Below are positions 19,703 to 30,307 of a stretch of DNA of 64,000 bases, one piece after another (position 1 is the first letter of the stretch; each line of letters starts with the position of its first letter). Under the pieces are notes generated by a model. It searched no databases. It saw only the letters and a program-made list of their open reading frames with translations, and was not told the DNA's origin. The stretch is from Sneathiella sp. (GTDB taxonomy: Bacteria; Pseudomonadota; Alphaproteobacteria; Sneathiellales; Sneathiellaceae). The stretch spans positions 100-64,099 of the forward strand of contig NZ_JARGOQ010000011.1 of assembly GCF_029233945.1 (NCBI RefSeq), written 5' to 3'. The position numbers and the translations under genes were made by a program.

Positions 19703-20527
19703 ATGGCTCAACTCACACTCGATCGGCAGGGTAACATCGGTATCATCCGTTTCAGCAATCCGCCTCAGGGCTATATGGATGGGGAAACGGAAGGCGAGCT
19801 TGAGGTGGCGCTGACGGAGGTGGAGGGAGATCCCGAGATACGGGTAGTTGTCCTTACCGGCGCAGACGAAGATGTCTTTATCCGCCACTATGATGTAGGG
19901 GTGCTGTATGAGCGAAGTAAGGCAATGGCGGCGCGTGGCCTTACCTTCGATCCCGCCCGTCCAGTGCCGGAATCCCTGATCCATAAATGCTATCGGCGTA
20001 TTGAGGCCATGGGCAAGCCTTTTATTGCGGCCATCAATGGCTCGGCGATGGGCGGCGGATTCGAGCTCGCGCTCGCCTGTGATATCCGGATTGTGAAGGA
20101 CGGCCCCTATGACCTGGGATTGCCGGAGGTTAATCTTGGCATTTTGCCAGGTGCAGGCGGCACCCAAAGGCTGACGCGGCTTGTCGGCAAGGCGAAAGCA
20201 TTGGAGTTGATGCTGCTCGGGCGGACTGTGAGCCCGCGGGAAGCATTGGAACTCGGTCTTGCCAGCTTCTGCGTGGAGGGGGACGTTCTTGAAGAAGCGC
20301 TGGAGGTCGCATCGCTTTTGGCATCTCGCTCTCCCCGCGCGATCAGCCATATAAAGGATTTGATCCAAGGGATAGATGATCGGCCGGTCGAAGATGGTTT
20401 TGCAAGGGAGAGAACGCTTTTTTGCGACCTGATGGTCGATGAACGGGGGCTGGAGGAAATGGGTAAAATGGCAGCGGGAAAGCGCGATATTCGCGATCCG
20501 GCGCTTGCCCGGTTTAAAAGAAATTGA
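19703..20527 (+). CDS. enoyl-CoA hydratase/isomerase
   Basis: AMGGGFELALACDIR and LPEVNLGILPGAGGTQRL with both catalytic Glu. Confidence 0.92.
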   Translation: MAQLTLDRQGNIGIIRFSNPPQGYMDGETEGELEVALTEVEGDPEIRVVVLTGADEDVFIRHYDVGVLYERSKAMAARGLTFDPARPVPESLIHKCYRRIEAMGKPFIAAINGSAMGGGFELALACDIRIVKDGPYDLGLPEVNLGILPGAGGTQRLTRLVGKAKALELMLLGRTVSPREALELGLASFCVEGDVLEEALEVASLLASRSPRAISHIKDLIQGIDDRPVEDGFARERTLFCDLMVDERGLEEMGKMAAGKRDIRDPALARFKRN

Positions 20528-20595
20528 GACGGGCCGGCACAATAAGCTAAGCTGCGCCGAGAAATATAAAAACTAAGGCTACGTCAGTATGGGAG

Positions 20596-22236
20596 ATGAC
20601 GATGGATTTGGGTCAATTCAACCGCGATTATATATCTGCGGCAAAGGATTATCGCGTTGATATTCCAGATGATTTTAATTTTGCTTATGACATAATCGAC
20701 AAGCGGGGAGAGGGTAAGGATGGCGTTGCCGTCATTGCCGTGTCCCGGGATGGAGAAACGGTCCGGGAGATTACCTACTCGGACTATGCAGAGCAGTCGG
20801 CACGCCTCGCCAATGCCTTTTTATCCCTTGGCATTACAAAAGGGGATTTCGGTTGTCTGGTGATTGGCCGGATACCCGAGTGGTATACGGTCCTGTTTGC
20901 CTGCATGAAGGTCGGAGCCATCTCGATGCCGGGAACGAACTTGCTGACCGCAAAGGATATTGCCTATCGGGTTCAAAAATCCAAGGCGCGCTTCGTAATT
21001 GTCACGCCGGAGCATTGCGAGAAGGTGGATTCGGTGCGGGATGAATGCCCGACCCTTGAACATTTCATCGTTGTGGGCGGCACGCATCCGGGTTGGCTGT
21101 CATTCGATGAGCTGGTTGCGAATGCGGCACCAACGCTTGATCGTAAGGATGCGCCTCCGACGGCTGCCTCTGATATGATGATGGCCTATTTCACATCCGG
21201 CACAACGTCCATGCCAAAAATGGTGCCGCGCGATTTTGGCTATGCGCTGGCACATGTGGCAACGGCGCTCTTCTGGATGGATTTGAAAGAGGGCGATGTT
21301 CATTGGACGTTGACCGATACTGGCTGGGCGAAGGCGGCATGGGGCCTGCTGTTCCCGCCGTTGCTGGCGGGCGCAAAAGTCGTTCTCTATGATGGGGAAG
21401 GGGCGTTTGATGTAGATTTTCACCTGAGCATGATCGAACAGCTTGGGGTTTCAACATTTTGTGCGCCACCGACCGTCTATCGTCTGTTCGCGCAGCATGA
21501 TCTAAGTGGAAGCAACCTTTCCTCCCTGCGCCGTTCTTTGGGCGCCGGGGAGCCGCTTAACCCGGAAGTTATCCGTTACTGGCAGAAACATACCGGCAAT
21601 GTTATCGCCGACGGTTATGGCCAGACGGAAACCATCAATATCGTTGGTAATTTTCCGGGAATGGAGCCGAGGTTTGGCTCTATGGGCAAGCCGGTTCCGG
21701 GATTTGATATCGATATCATCGATGATGACGGCAATCGCCAGCCGGATGGGGAGGTTGGCCATATTGCAATCCGGGCGGATAAAGGCAACTGGCCGCCGGG
21801 CCTGTTCGATGGCTATTACACGGGCGGTGAACCGGATACGGGATCATTCCGTCATGGCTGGTATTTTACCGGAGACACCGCAAAACGTGACGCGGATGGC
21901 TATATCTGGTTTGAAGGTCGGGCGGATGACCTGATCAGCTCCGGCGCCTACCGGATCAGTCCGTTCGAGGTGGAAAGCGCGCTCCTCGAACATCCTGAAG
22001 TCGTTGAGAGTGCCGTGATCGGTATTCCTGATGAAACACGCGGTCAATTGGTCAAGGCCTATATCATCCTGAAGAACCCGGAAAAGGGAGGGCCGAACCT
22101 TGTGACCGATATTCAGGATTTTTGCAAGAACCTGACCGCTCCCTATAAATACCCCCGGCAGATCGAGTTTGTGGACAGCCTGCCGAAGACTATCTCGGGC
22201 AAGATCCGCCGGGTGGAGCTTCGCGAAGAAAATTGA
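20596..22236 (+). CDS. medium-chain acyl-CoA synthetase (ACSM-like)
   Basis: FTSGTTSMPK, DTGWAK, YGQTET, TGD, GRADD, KYPR..F...LPKTISGKIRR. Confidence 0.92.
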   Translation: MTMDLGQFNRDYISAAKDYRVDIPDDFNFAYDIIDKRGEGKDGVAVIAVSRDGETVREITYSDYAEQSARLANAFLSLGITKGDFGCLVIGRIPEWYTVLFACMKVGAISMPGTNLLTAKDIAYRVQKSKARFVIVTPEHCEKVDSVRDECPTLEHFIVVGGTHPGWLSFDELVANAAPTLDRKDAPPTAASDMMMAYFTSGTTSMPKMVPRDFGYALAHVATALFWMDLKEGDVHWTLTDTGWAKAAWGLLFPPLLAGAKVVLYDGEGAFDVDFHLSMIEQLGVSTFCAPPTVYRLFAQHDLSGSNLSSLRRSLGAGEPLNPEVIRYWQKHTGNVIADGYGQTETINIVGNFPGMEPRFGSMGKPVPGFDIDIIDDDGNRQPDGEVGHIAIRADKGNWPPGLFDGYYTGGEPDTGSFRHGWYFTGDTAKRDADGYIWFEGRADDLISSGAYRISPFEVESALLEHPEVVESAVIGIPDETRGQLVKAYIILKNPEKGGPNLVTDIQDFCKNLTAPYKYPRQIEFVDSLPKTISGKIRRVELREEN

Positions 22237-22257
22237 GGGAATTCAGGGTGGCGCAGG

Positions 22258-24495
22258 TTATTCCCGCGCCATCTCCGCCTTGCCAACTCCCTCTCCATCA
22301 AGGGTTTGGGTATCCATATGGACCGTTACCTTGCGCAGGAACCCGTCAAACTCGAACGGCGATGCATAATCACCAACCGGGTTGCCGCGATCCCGCCCGA
22401 TGTCCAGCCCGGACCAGGATATCAGCATGAAGAAGCCGAGATGGCTCTCGACTGATCCGGCATCCTCCCCATCGATGGTGAGCGTATAACGGCTCTGGCC
22501 CATACCCTTGCCCATGCGTGGCTTCTCTTCTTTTGTCAGGCGCTCAACCCGGAGGCCGAGAAGATGACGACCGGGCGCAACTTTCTTGCCCGATGTGACA
22601 ACCACATGCTCGCCGCCGATATTCAGGTCATGCACCAGATAACCATCTTTCATGAACAAGCTGTAGCCTGAGGTCGTATCTCCATGGGCGATCAGGACGC
22701 CGTTGCTGGCTTCGTTCAGAATATCCGCGTCCGCTTCAATACGGTAATTGCGGCTGCGGAGGTCCGGTGCCACATCAGAAGGGATATGGCCGACACCGCG
22801 ATGGAAAATCGCGATGTTCCGGTCTCCCTGTAATCGTTCGGCATTTTCTGCAAAACGCGGCGCAAAGCGGTCATCCAGAGGCAGAACCTGGTTGTTTCTG
22901 GCTTCTTCCCACCAGCTTTCGATCATTTTTTCCAGGCGCTCCGGGTGTTCTGTTGCGAGGTCTTTACTTTCGGAGAAGTCTTCGTTGAGGTTATAGAGCT
23001 CCCACTGGTCATTTTCGAACGGTGTTCCCATGGGATGAAAGGCCACGGCTTTCCAGCCATCCTGCCAGATGCCGCGATGACCGAACATCTCAAAATATTG
23101 CGGTTTATCTCGGGATGGAGCCTCCGATTTTAACAGGCTATCCTTGAAGCTCTGCCCTTCAATCGGTTGCTGCTTAACGCCATTGATGGATTCCGGCGGT
23201 TCGATATCCAGAATATCAAGGAGGGTTGGTACTACGTCGGAGCAATGGGCAAATTGATGCCGCAACTCTCCGCGTGCAGGAAGGCCCTTCGGCCAACTGA
23301 TAATCAACGGATCACGGATGCCGCCGCCATGGGTATTCTGCTTGTAGCGTTTCAGCGGGGAATTTGCCGCCATGGCCCAGCCATGGGGGAAGTTGGTGTG
23401 GGTATCGGGTCCGCCGATATCCTCGATCCGCGCGAGTTTTTCTTCCATCGGCTCGGGGCGAAGGTTAAACGGGCCCATGGCATTGACCAGCCCGTTTCGG
23501 CCGCCTTCCTGGCTTGCGCCATTATCGGAAAGGACAAGGATCAAGGTGTTGTCCATCTGACCGGTTTCTTCGAGAAAGTCGATCAGTCGAGTGATATGCC
23601 TGTCGGTGTGGTCCAGCATGCCGGCATAGGCGGATTGCAGCCGGGTATAGAGGCGCTGCTCATCCTTCGTATGCTCTTCCCACGCCTTGACGCCGTCATT
23701 GCGGGGGGGCATTTGAGTATCTTCCGGGACGATCCCGAGTTCTTTCTGGCGGGCGAGACGTTGTTCGCGCTCCTTGTCCCAGCCACCTTCAAACATCGGA
23801 TCATAGCTTTTGATAATGTCCTTTGGGGCCTGATGGGGGGCATGGCAGGCCGCGAAGGCGCACCAGAGGAGCCAGGGCGTTTCTTCTGCTCCCGCCTGAT
23901 GATCGGCGAGCATGCGGATAGACTGATCCACAAGATCCTCTGTCAGGTGATAGCCGCTTGCATAGTCGCCCGGCGGATCGATATGGCCATTATCGCGCAC
24001 TAACTCCGGGGCATACTGGTCGGTCTCCGCATCCAAAAAACCATAGAAGCGGTCAAATCCCCGGCTCAAGGGCCAGCCATCGAAAGGACCCGTCGGTCCG
24101 CTTTCATTGAGAGGGTTTACATGCCATTTGCCGATCATATAGTTGCGATAGCCGTTCGGGCGCAGCATCTCAGCGAGAGTTCCTGCCGATTTCGCAATCT
24201 TGCCGCGATAGCCGGGATATCCGCTGTCGAAATTGGCAAGGCACCCGACACCAACGGAATGATGGTTTCGCCCAGTGAGCAAGGCTGCCCGGGTGGTCGA
24301 GCACATGGCCGTCGTATGAAAACCGGTATAACGGATGCCTTTTTCGGCAAGTTTGTCGATGGTCGGCGTTTTGATAGGGGAGCCATAACAGCCGAAATCA
24401 GAAAAGCCCACATCATCAAAAAGAACCACAAGAATGTTCGGTGCATCCTTCGGTGCCTTAACCGGGTCCGGCCAAAAAGGTTTATACTCGTCCAT
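22258..24495 (-). CDS. arylsulfatase-like type I sulfatase, cytoplasmic
   Basis: PNILVVLFDDVGF, CSTTRAALLTG, GKWH, SDNG motifs; no signal peptide. Confidence 0.9.
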   Translation of the reverse strand: MDEYKPFWPDPVKAPKDAPNILVVLFDDVGFSDFGCYGSPIKTPTIDKLAEKGIRYTGFHTTAMCSTTRAALLTGRNHHSVGVGCLANFDSGYPGYRGKIAKSAGTLAEMLRPNGYRNYMIGKWHVNPLNESGPTGPFDGWPLSRGFDRFYGFLDAETDQYAPELVRDNGHIDPPGDYASGYHLTEDLVDQSIRMLADHQAGAEETPWLLWCAFAACHAPHQAPKDIIKSYDPMFEGGWDKEREQRLARQKELGIVPEDTQMPPRNDGVKAWEEHTKDEQRLYTRLQSAYAGMLDHTDRHITRLIDFLEETGQMDNTLILVLSDNGASQEGGRNGLVNAMGPFNLRPEPMEEKLARIEDIGGPDTHTNFPHGWAMAANSPLKRYKQNTHGGGIRDPLIISWPKGLPARGELRHQFAHCSDVVPTLLDILDIEPPESINGVKQQPIEGQSFKDSLLKSEAPSRDKPQYFEMFGHRGIWQDGWKAVAFHPMGTPFENDQWELYNLNEDFSESKDLATEHPERLEKMIESWWEEARNNQVLPLDDRFAPRFAENAERLQGDRNIAIFHRGVGHIPSDVAPDLRSRNYRIEADADILNEASNGVLIAHGDTTSGYSLFMKDGYLVHDLNIGGEHVVVTSGKKVAPGRHLLGLRVERLTKEEKPRMGKGMGQSRYTLTIDGEDAGSVESHLGFFMLISWSGLDIGRDRGNPVGDYASPFEFDGFLRKVTVHMDTQTLDGEGVGKAEMARE

Positions 24496-24555
24496 TGAAC
24501 TACTCCCTCTCGCTTTGCGCGTTATTGATTTTTGGTTTGTCCGTGTGGTCCGATG

Positions 24556-25731
24556 TTAAATCCGCACGGTGCCCGTCTTGCCAATTCGATCAAAGGTCTT
24601 CCGGGCAATATTAAGCTGATGGATCTGGCTGGTGCCTTCATAGAGCCGGAACAATCGAACATCGCGGTAGAACCGCTCAATGCTGCTGTAATCCGCGACA
24701 TAGCCGGAGCCGCCAAATATCTGCACCGCCCGGTCGGCGATCCGGCCGCACATTTCGGTTGCAAAATATTTGCACATGGAAGCTTCCAGAGTGATATCGA
24801 TCCCTTCGTCACGTTTACGGGCCGTATCAAGGATCAGGGTCCGCGCCGCTGCAACATCCACATGACTGTCGGCAATCATGGCCTGGATCAGCTGAAAATC
24901 GCCGATGGGATGACCAAACTGTTTTCTTTCCTGGGAATATTTCGCCGCATCGTCCAGCATCCGCATGGCCGGGCCGGTGCTGAGCGCGGAAAGGTGAATA
25001 CGCTGCTTGTTGAGCGCCTTCATTGCTGTCTTGAAGCCAACACCCTCTTCGCCGCCAAGTAATCGGTCCGGGGTGATTTCGCAATTTTCGAAATGAACTT
25101 CCGAGACGGGGGAGCCGGACTGCCCCATCATTTTATAGGCCGGGCCAACGGTAAGGCCAGGAGTGTCCTTATCGACCAGAAAGGCGCTGATACCGCGATG
25201 GCTGTCGTCGTCAGGATCAGTCCGTGCGAAAACCGTGAACAGGTCAGAAATCGGCGCATTGGTGATGAATGCTTTTGAGCCGTTCATCACATAGTGATTA
25301 CCCTTTTTGACAGCGGTTGTGGTTAGCGCTGTCGCCTGTGACCCCGCTTCCCGTTCGGTCAGGGCGAAGCAGCCGACAATCTCGCCAGCGGCCAGCTTGG
25401 GCAGATACTTCCGTTTTTGTTCCTCGGTGCCGTCAACGATAAGGGATTCGCTGCCGATCCCGGTATTCGAGCCAACGCGCGCGCGATAGGCAACCGAGCA
25501 GTAGGAGAGTTCGAACGCCATCAGCACCAGCTCTTCCGTGGTCAGGCCAAGTCCGCCATATTCCTCCGGGATGGCCCAGGCGAAGTATCCACGGGCCTGC
25601 ATATCGTCGACAAGATCCTGCGGCACTTCATTGAGTTCAGCGACGCGATCCTCGTTCGGGATGGCAACTTTTTCGACCCAGTCGCGAACTTCCATGCGTT
25701 GTTTTTCTAGTTCTTCTTTATCGCGAATCAT
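24556..25731 (-). CDS. acyl-CoA dehydrogenase
   Basis: FALTEREAGS, NGSKAFITN, QFG, QIFGGSG, RLYEGTSQI catalytic Glu; start taken at MIRDKEE rather than 25794. Confidence 0.92.
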   Translation of the reverse strand: MIRDKEELEKQRMEVRDWVEKVAIPNEDRVAELNEVPQDLVDDMQARGYFAWAIPEEYGGLGLTTEELVLMAFELSYCSVAYRARVGSNTGIGSESLIVDGTEEQKRKYLPKLAAGEIVGCFALTEREAGSQATALTTTAVKKGNHYVMNGSKAFITNAPISDLFTVFARTDPDDDSHRGISAFLVDKDTPGLTVGPAYKMMGQSGSPVSEVHFENCEITPDRLLGGEEGVGFKTAMKALNKQRIHLSALSTGPAMRMLDDAAKYSQERKQFGHPIGDFQLIQAMIADSHVDVAAARTLILDTARKRDEGIDITLEASMCKYFATEMCGRIADRAVQIFGGSGYVADYSSIERFYRDVRLFRLYEGTSQIHQLNIARKTFDRIGKTGTVRI

Positions 25732-25774
25732 GTGCTTGTCTCTTTTGAATAAGATGGTGATGGTAGAGGACTGG

Positions 25775-26866
25775 TTAGCTAGCCAGAAGATCACTCATGC
25801 TGGATAACGCTGCGTTACTTTCTGAAACGAGCCGCTGCACAATTTCTTCGACGGTCATGAGTTCATTGAACCATGCAATGCTCTGGCCGGTTGCCTCATA
25901 GATCAGCGGTTCAATCTCATGCTCATCTATGCCGGCAATAATGTCTGCCGTCAGAACCTGTTGATATGGCATTTTGAGTGGTTTTGGCGCATCCGGTTGA
26001 TCCCATTCTTCTGACCAGGCGGACTTGATAAGTCGGCAGGACTTTCCGCTATGGCTGAGGGAAATGGTGGTGTCCAGACTGTTCGCTTTGAGCAGCTTGT
26101 TCAAAAGCGCATCACAAAGCGCATGTTCCTTGGAGGCGAGCCACGCCGTGCCGAGCCACACCCCTTGCGCCCCCAGCCCGAAGGAGGCCGCGATATGTCG
26201 GCCATGACCCACGCCACCGGCGGCGAGGACGGGAATGTCTCCCGCTACGTCAACAACCTGCGGGACGAGGGAGAACGTTCCGATCGGTCCGGTGTGGCCA
26301 CCTGCGTCATAGCCTTGCGCGACGATAACATCGACGCCCGCTGCCTTTGCCTTTTCCGCATGGCGCGGCGCACCGACAAGGGAGAAGGTGATCTTGCCGT
26401 AGTCCTTGGCCTGGCTGATCATTTCCGCGGGCATACCGACGGCGGAGGCAAAGCTGTGGGCATCTGATTCAAGGGTTGCCGCGAGCTGTTCTTCAAATAG
26501 CTGTTGGGAGCGGATTTGGGAGGAAAAGAAGGTCGGTTTCGTTGCCTTTGGGACGTTGTATTTTTTTGTCAGATCACGGATAAATTGCTGATGCTCTTCC
26601 GGCAGGTTCAATTTCGTGCCGTCGCGATCGGTATCATCGCCGACAGTAGTTGGCAACATCAGGTCAATGCCGAAGGGCAGGTCGCCAAGTTCTTCTTTCA
26701 TGACCCGGGCGACTTCAGTAATTTCGTCCGGCATACTGCGGGCGGCGCCGAAAACCGGATATCCTCCTGCTTTGCCCAGGGCCACCATGACATCGACGTT
26801 GTGGGCCAGGCCGAAAATCGGGTAACGAATGCCCATCTTCTTAGCAATAGGGGAGGTTAAAGCCAT
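25775..26866 (-). CDS. nitronate monooxygenase-like FMN oxidoreductase (NMO/FabK family)
   Basis: PFGIDL, QGYDAGGHTG, PVLAAGGVG, GAQGVWLGT. Confidence 0.88.
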   Translation of the reverse strand: MALTSPIAKKMGIRYPIFGLAHNVDVMVALGKAGGYPVFGAARSMPDEITEVARVMKEELGDLPFGIDLMLPTTVGDDTDRDGTKLNLPEEHQQFIRDLTKKYNVPKATKPTFFSSQIRSQQLFEEQLAATLESDAHSFASAVGMPAEMISQAKDYGKITFSLVGAPRHAEKAKAAGVDVIVAQGYDAGGHTGPIGTFSLVPQVVDVAGDIPVLAAGGVGHGRHIAASFGLGAQGVWLGTAWLASKEHALCDALLNKLLKANSLDTTISLSHSGKSCRLIKSAWSEEWDQPDAPKPLKMPYQQVLTADIIAGIDEHEIEPLIYEATGQSIAWFNELMTVEEIVQRLVSESNAALSSMSDLLAS

Positions 26867-26896
26867 GACCTTTTCCTTCTTCTTGTATTTTTTTTA

Positions 26897-27730
26897 TCAG
26901 GTGCCAAAAATATTGAACTGGCGCAGGTTTTCAGCAGCAACTGCGAGGCGCGGCGCCAGATCGTTTTCAATTTCCTCCCGACGTGCGCGATAGGCGGGAA
27001 TGCCACAGGAAAGGGTGACCTCAAGTCCGTCCGAAGTCCGACCAACCGGCGCGGACATTGCGTAAATGGTTTCCCGCCATTCACCGTATGAGGTGCAGAA
27101 GCCATGTTTGTGACAATTTTCAATGGCGCTGTTTATTCTCTCCTCGCAGCGTTCAATGGCGCCGGGGTAGGCGCTTTCAACTTCGAGATATTTTTCGGCC
27201 CGTTCTTCGTCCGAAAGCAACGACAGCAAAGACCGGCCGGTTGCGGAATCAGCTACCGGAACGGTCATGCCCATTTCCGGGACATGAGGGAAATTAGTAA
27301 TGTCGCCGATGGTTTGGATATAAACCGCATCGCCCCCGTTAAAGACGGCAAGAGACACGTTACCTTTTGAGAAGTCGGCATAATCCTGCATCAGATTGAT
27401 CGCTTGTCGTCTCCATTTCATATGGGAGAGAATAGGATAGGATAGTGCGAGAAGGCCGGGGGCGAGCTTAAAGCCTCCATTGGGGTCACGCCGAAGATAA
27501 TGTAATGCAATCAATGTCTTGCAAAGCCGCGATACCGTTGCCTTGTTAATACCGATCCGCGCTGCTATCTGAGCATTCGTAAGCGTTTGATCGCCACTGA
27601 GAAAGCAAGCGAGGATATCCAGCCCCCGGATCAGGGTAGTTGAAAGTGAAGTATCGCCATCGACCATTTCATCCAAGGGAATATGGCGCCTTTCGACGCG
27701 ATCGATAAGATTAGTATGCTCACTGCTCAT
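26897..27730 (-). CDS. IclR family transcriptional regulator
   Basis: RGLDILACF..LTNAQIAARIGINKATVSRL HTH, SATGRSLL effector motif; 4-nt overlap with upstream gene. Confidence 0.92.
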   Translation of the reverse strand: MSSEHTNLIDRVERRHIPLDEMVDGDTSLSTTLIRGLDILACFLSGDQTLTNAQIAARIGINKATVSRLCKTLIALHYLRRDPNGGFKLAPGLLALSYPILSHMKWRRQAINLMQDYADFSKGNVSLAVFNGGDAVYIQTIGDITNFPHVPEMGMTVPVADSATGRSLLSLLSDEERAEKYLEVESAYPGAIERCEERINSAIENCHKHGFCTSYGEWRETIYAMSAPVGRTSDGLEVTLSCGIPAYRARREEIENDLAPRLAVAAENLRQFNIFGT

Positions 27731-28938
27731 ATAATACCTCGTTCACGATAGGCGTCGATTTCCACTTTGGTGAGCCCGAGAAGCCGTTCGAAAATGGCAT
27801 CATTATCGGCACCAAGGTCTTTCGCTGTCCATTTGACTTTCCCCGGGTTTTGGGAAAATTTGGGAACCACATTCTGCAGCCGGACGGAGCCAAAATCTTC
27901 ATCCGGAACAGAAGTGATTGCCTCGCGGGCCTGATACTGCGGATCGTTGAAGATTTGCTCGACCGAATAGATCGGCGCGATGGTACCCTTGGCCTTGGAA
28001 AAGGCACTCAGTACCTCATCAAGGGTATGGGAAGAGATAAAGCTGCCGAAGATCTTGTCAAGTTCCTCTGCATTCTCCACCCGCAGGCCATTGTTCGCAA
28101 AGCGCGGGTCATCAACAAGTTCGGGCCGTCCAACTGCCGTGGCGTTTCCTTTAAAGGTGGTATTGGTGCTCCCTGCGAGAGACACATATTTCTTGTCGCT
28201 TGTAAGGTAAACGTCGGAGGGTGCCGAGTATTGATTGCGGTTGCCACTTCGTCCGCGCACGACGCCAAGCTGATCATATTCGATGGCAAGGAAGTCAAGC
28301 AGGCGGAAAGTGGCTTCCGTGAGCGAGAGGTCAATCTCTTCGCCCATGGCTGTTTCATCGTCTCTTACCTTATGTACAGCGGCCAGAATGGACATCGCGC
28401 CGAACACGCCGCCAAAGGCATCAGAAATCGGGTAGCCTGTATGAACGGGGGGTCGATCCACATCCCCGGTGATATGGGTGAGGCCGCCCATGGCCTCAAA
28501 AATACGCGCAAATCCCGGCTGGTCGATATAGGGGCCGGTTTGGCCAAACGCAGTTGTCCGCAGAACTACAAGCTTTGGGTTCGCCTTCCAGAGTTTCTCT
28601 ATATCAAGGCCCCAGCGGTCAAGAGTGCCGGGTTTGAAGTTTTCAATCAGGACATCAAATTCCGGCAGTATCTCCAGGAGCAGTTCCGCGCCTTCCTTCT
28701 TTCGAAGATCCAGGGTGCCGAATTGTTTGCCGCGGTTCGCAGCCTTCCACCAGAGCGACTTGCCATCCTTGAAGGGAGGGAAACCACGCATGCCGTCGCC
28801 GACTCCTGGCAGTTCCAACTTGACGACATCTGCGCCCATGTCCGCAAGCAAAGTGCCCGCAAAAGGCGCGGCGATAATCGTGGCAATGTCAAGAATACGC
28901 AGGCCGGTAAGAGGGCCGGTTGAGCTTTTGTCTGTCAT
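27727..28938 (-). CDS. class III CoA transferase (CaiB/BaiF family)
   Basis: GLRILDIAT, GADVVKLE, NRGK, DVLIENFKPG, FGQTGPY..PGF. Confidence 0.93.
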   Translation of the reverse strand: MTDKSSTGPLTGLRILDIATIIAAPFAGTLLADMGADVVKLELPGVGDGMRGFPPFKDGKSLWWKAANRGKQFGTLDLRKKEGAELLLEILPEFDVLIENFKPGTLDRWGLDIEKLWKANPKLVVLRTTAFGQTGPYIDQPGFARIFEAMGGLTHITGDVDRPPVHTGYPISDAFGGVFGAMSILAAVHKVRDDETAMGEEIDLSLTEATFRLLDFLAIEYDQLGVVRGRSGNRNQYSAPSDVYLTSDKKYVSLAGSTNTTFKGNATAVGRPELVDDPRFANNGLRVENAEELDKIFGSFISSHTLDEVLSAFSKAKGTIAPIYSVEQIFNDPQYQAREAITSVPDEDFGSVRLQNVVPKFSQNPGKVKWTAKDLGADNDAIFERLLGLTKVEIDAYRERGII

Positions 28939-29043
28939 GTTAACTTTCGAGTGTTGTTTTTATTTTTGTAGTTATTGACATCATTTGTTACTATATATAA
29001 AACACTACCGTCAAACATAAAAATAATTAAAACGACAGGGACG

Positions 29044-30288
29044 ATGGATTTTAACTTAAGCCCGAAAGCTGATGACATCAGGCTGCGTGCAGAAGGCTTC
29101 TTTTCGCAAGAAGTTTTGCCGCGCCATCGCGAGTGGGTTCAGACAGTTTGTCATGAGCGTAAGCCTGCGCATTTTATCAAGAAAATTCAGGATAAGGCGA
29201 AAGAGCAGGGACTCTGGAACCTTGCTTTGCCACAGCTTGCGGATGACGAGCCGGGAACAAAATTGACCAATCTCGAATTTGCCCCGATTGCCGAGATTCT
29301 GGGTCGGTTGCCATGGGGATCTCAGGTCTTTAACTGTCATGCACCAGAAGTGCCCAATATGGCGATGCTGCAGGCGCTGGCGACACCGGAGCAGAAAGAG
29401 AAATGGCTGCGCCCTTTGCTCAATGGGGAGACCCGGTCTTCTTTCGCCATGACAGAGCCGGATGTGGCCTCGTCGGATGCAACGAATATCGCGACTAAAA
29501 TTCACGAAGAAGGGGATGAACTGGTCCTGAACGGCCGTAAATGGTTTGCGACCGGGGGGGCACATCCAGATTGTTCCTTCCTGATCGTCATGGGAATTTC
29601 CGATCCCGATGCGGGCCGGACAGGACAGCATAGCATGGTGATCGTTCCGATTGGAACGCCCGGTCTTACCTTGGTACGCGAGTTACGCTTTATGGGCTGG
29701 GAAGACTTCGTGGCCCCCATCGGTGAGTTTGAGCTGAAAGATGTCCGTGTCCCGAAATCCAACCTGCTGGGTGAGCGGGGGCAAGGCTTCAAGGGCGCGC
29801 AGGTCAGGCTTGGCCCGGCGCGTATCCACCATTCCATGCGCTGCATTGGCATGGCCGAAATGGTTCTTGCGCAGATGGTTGCTAGGGCGCATGAGCGGAA
29901 AACTTTCGGTCGCCCGATTGTCGAGTATGATACGGTTCAGAAATGGATTGCCGAGGCCCGCATTGATATCGATCTAAACCGCCTGTTTATCCATAAAGCA
30001 GCTTGGCTGCTTGATACCAGCCCGGACAAGAATACTTGGCGGATTGTGTCTCAAGTAAAGGTGTCCGTACCGCGTATGCTACAAAAAGTGACCGATCGAG
30101 CGGTCCAGCTATTTGGCGCCATGGGGGGGACGGATGATACATTAATCCACCATGCCCATTCTTACGCCCGCTGGTTCCGTATCGGGGATGGCCCGGATGA
30201 AGTGCATCTGAGACAAATTTTCAAAACCGAGCCGGTCCCGGAATGGACCATCGCGGATTGCCCCTATATTGCACCGGGTGGATTTTAG
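29044..30288 (+). CDS. acyl-CoA dehydrogenase (ACAD10/11-FadE2-like)
   Basis: FNCHAPEVPNM, FAMTEPDVASSDATNI, LGPARIHHSMR, RIGDGPDEVH; start at MDFNLS. Confidence 0.92.
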   Translation: MDFNLSPKADDIRLRAEGFFSQEVLPRHREWVQTVCHERKPAHFIKKIQDKAKEQGLWNLALPQLADDEPGTKLTNLEFAPIAEILGRLPWGSQVFNCHAPEVPNMAMLQALATPEQKEKWLRPLLNGETRSSFAMTEPDVASSDATNIATKIHEEGDELVLNGRKWFATGGAHPDCSFLIVMGISDPDAGRTGQHSMVIVPIGTPGLTLVRELRFMGWEDFVAPIGEFELKDVRVPKSNLLGERGQGFKGAQVRLGPARIHHSMRCIGMAEMVLAQMVARAHERKTFGRPIVEYDTVQKWIAEARIDIDLNRLFIHKAAWLLDTSPDKNTWRIVSQVKVSVPRMLQKVTDRAVQLFGAMGGTDDTLIHHAHSYARWFRIGDGPDEVHLRQIFKTEPVPEWTIADCPYIAPGGF

Positions 30289-30307
30289 GAAAAAGAGGAG
30301 AGTCTTT

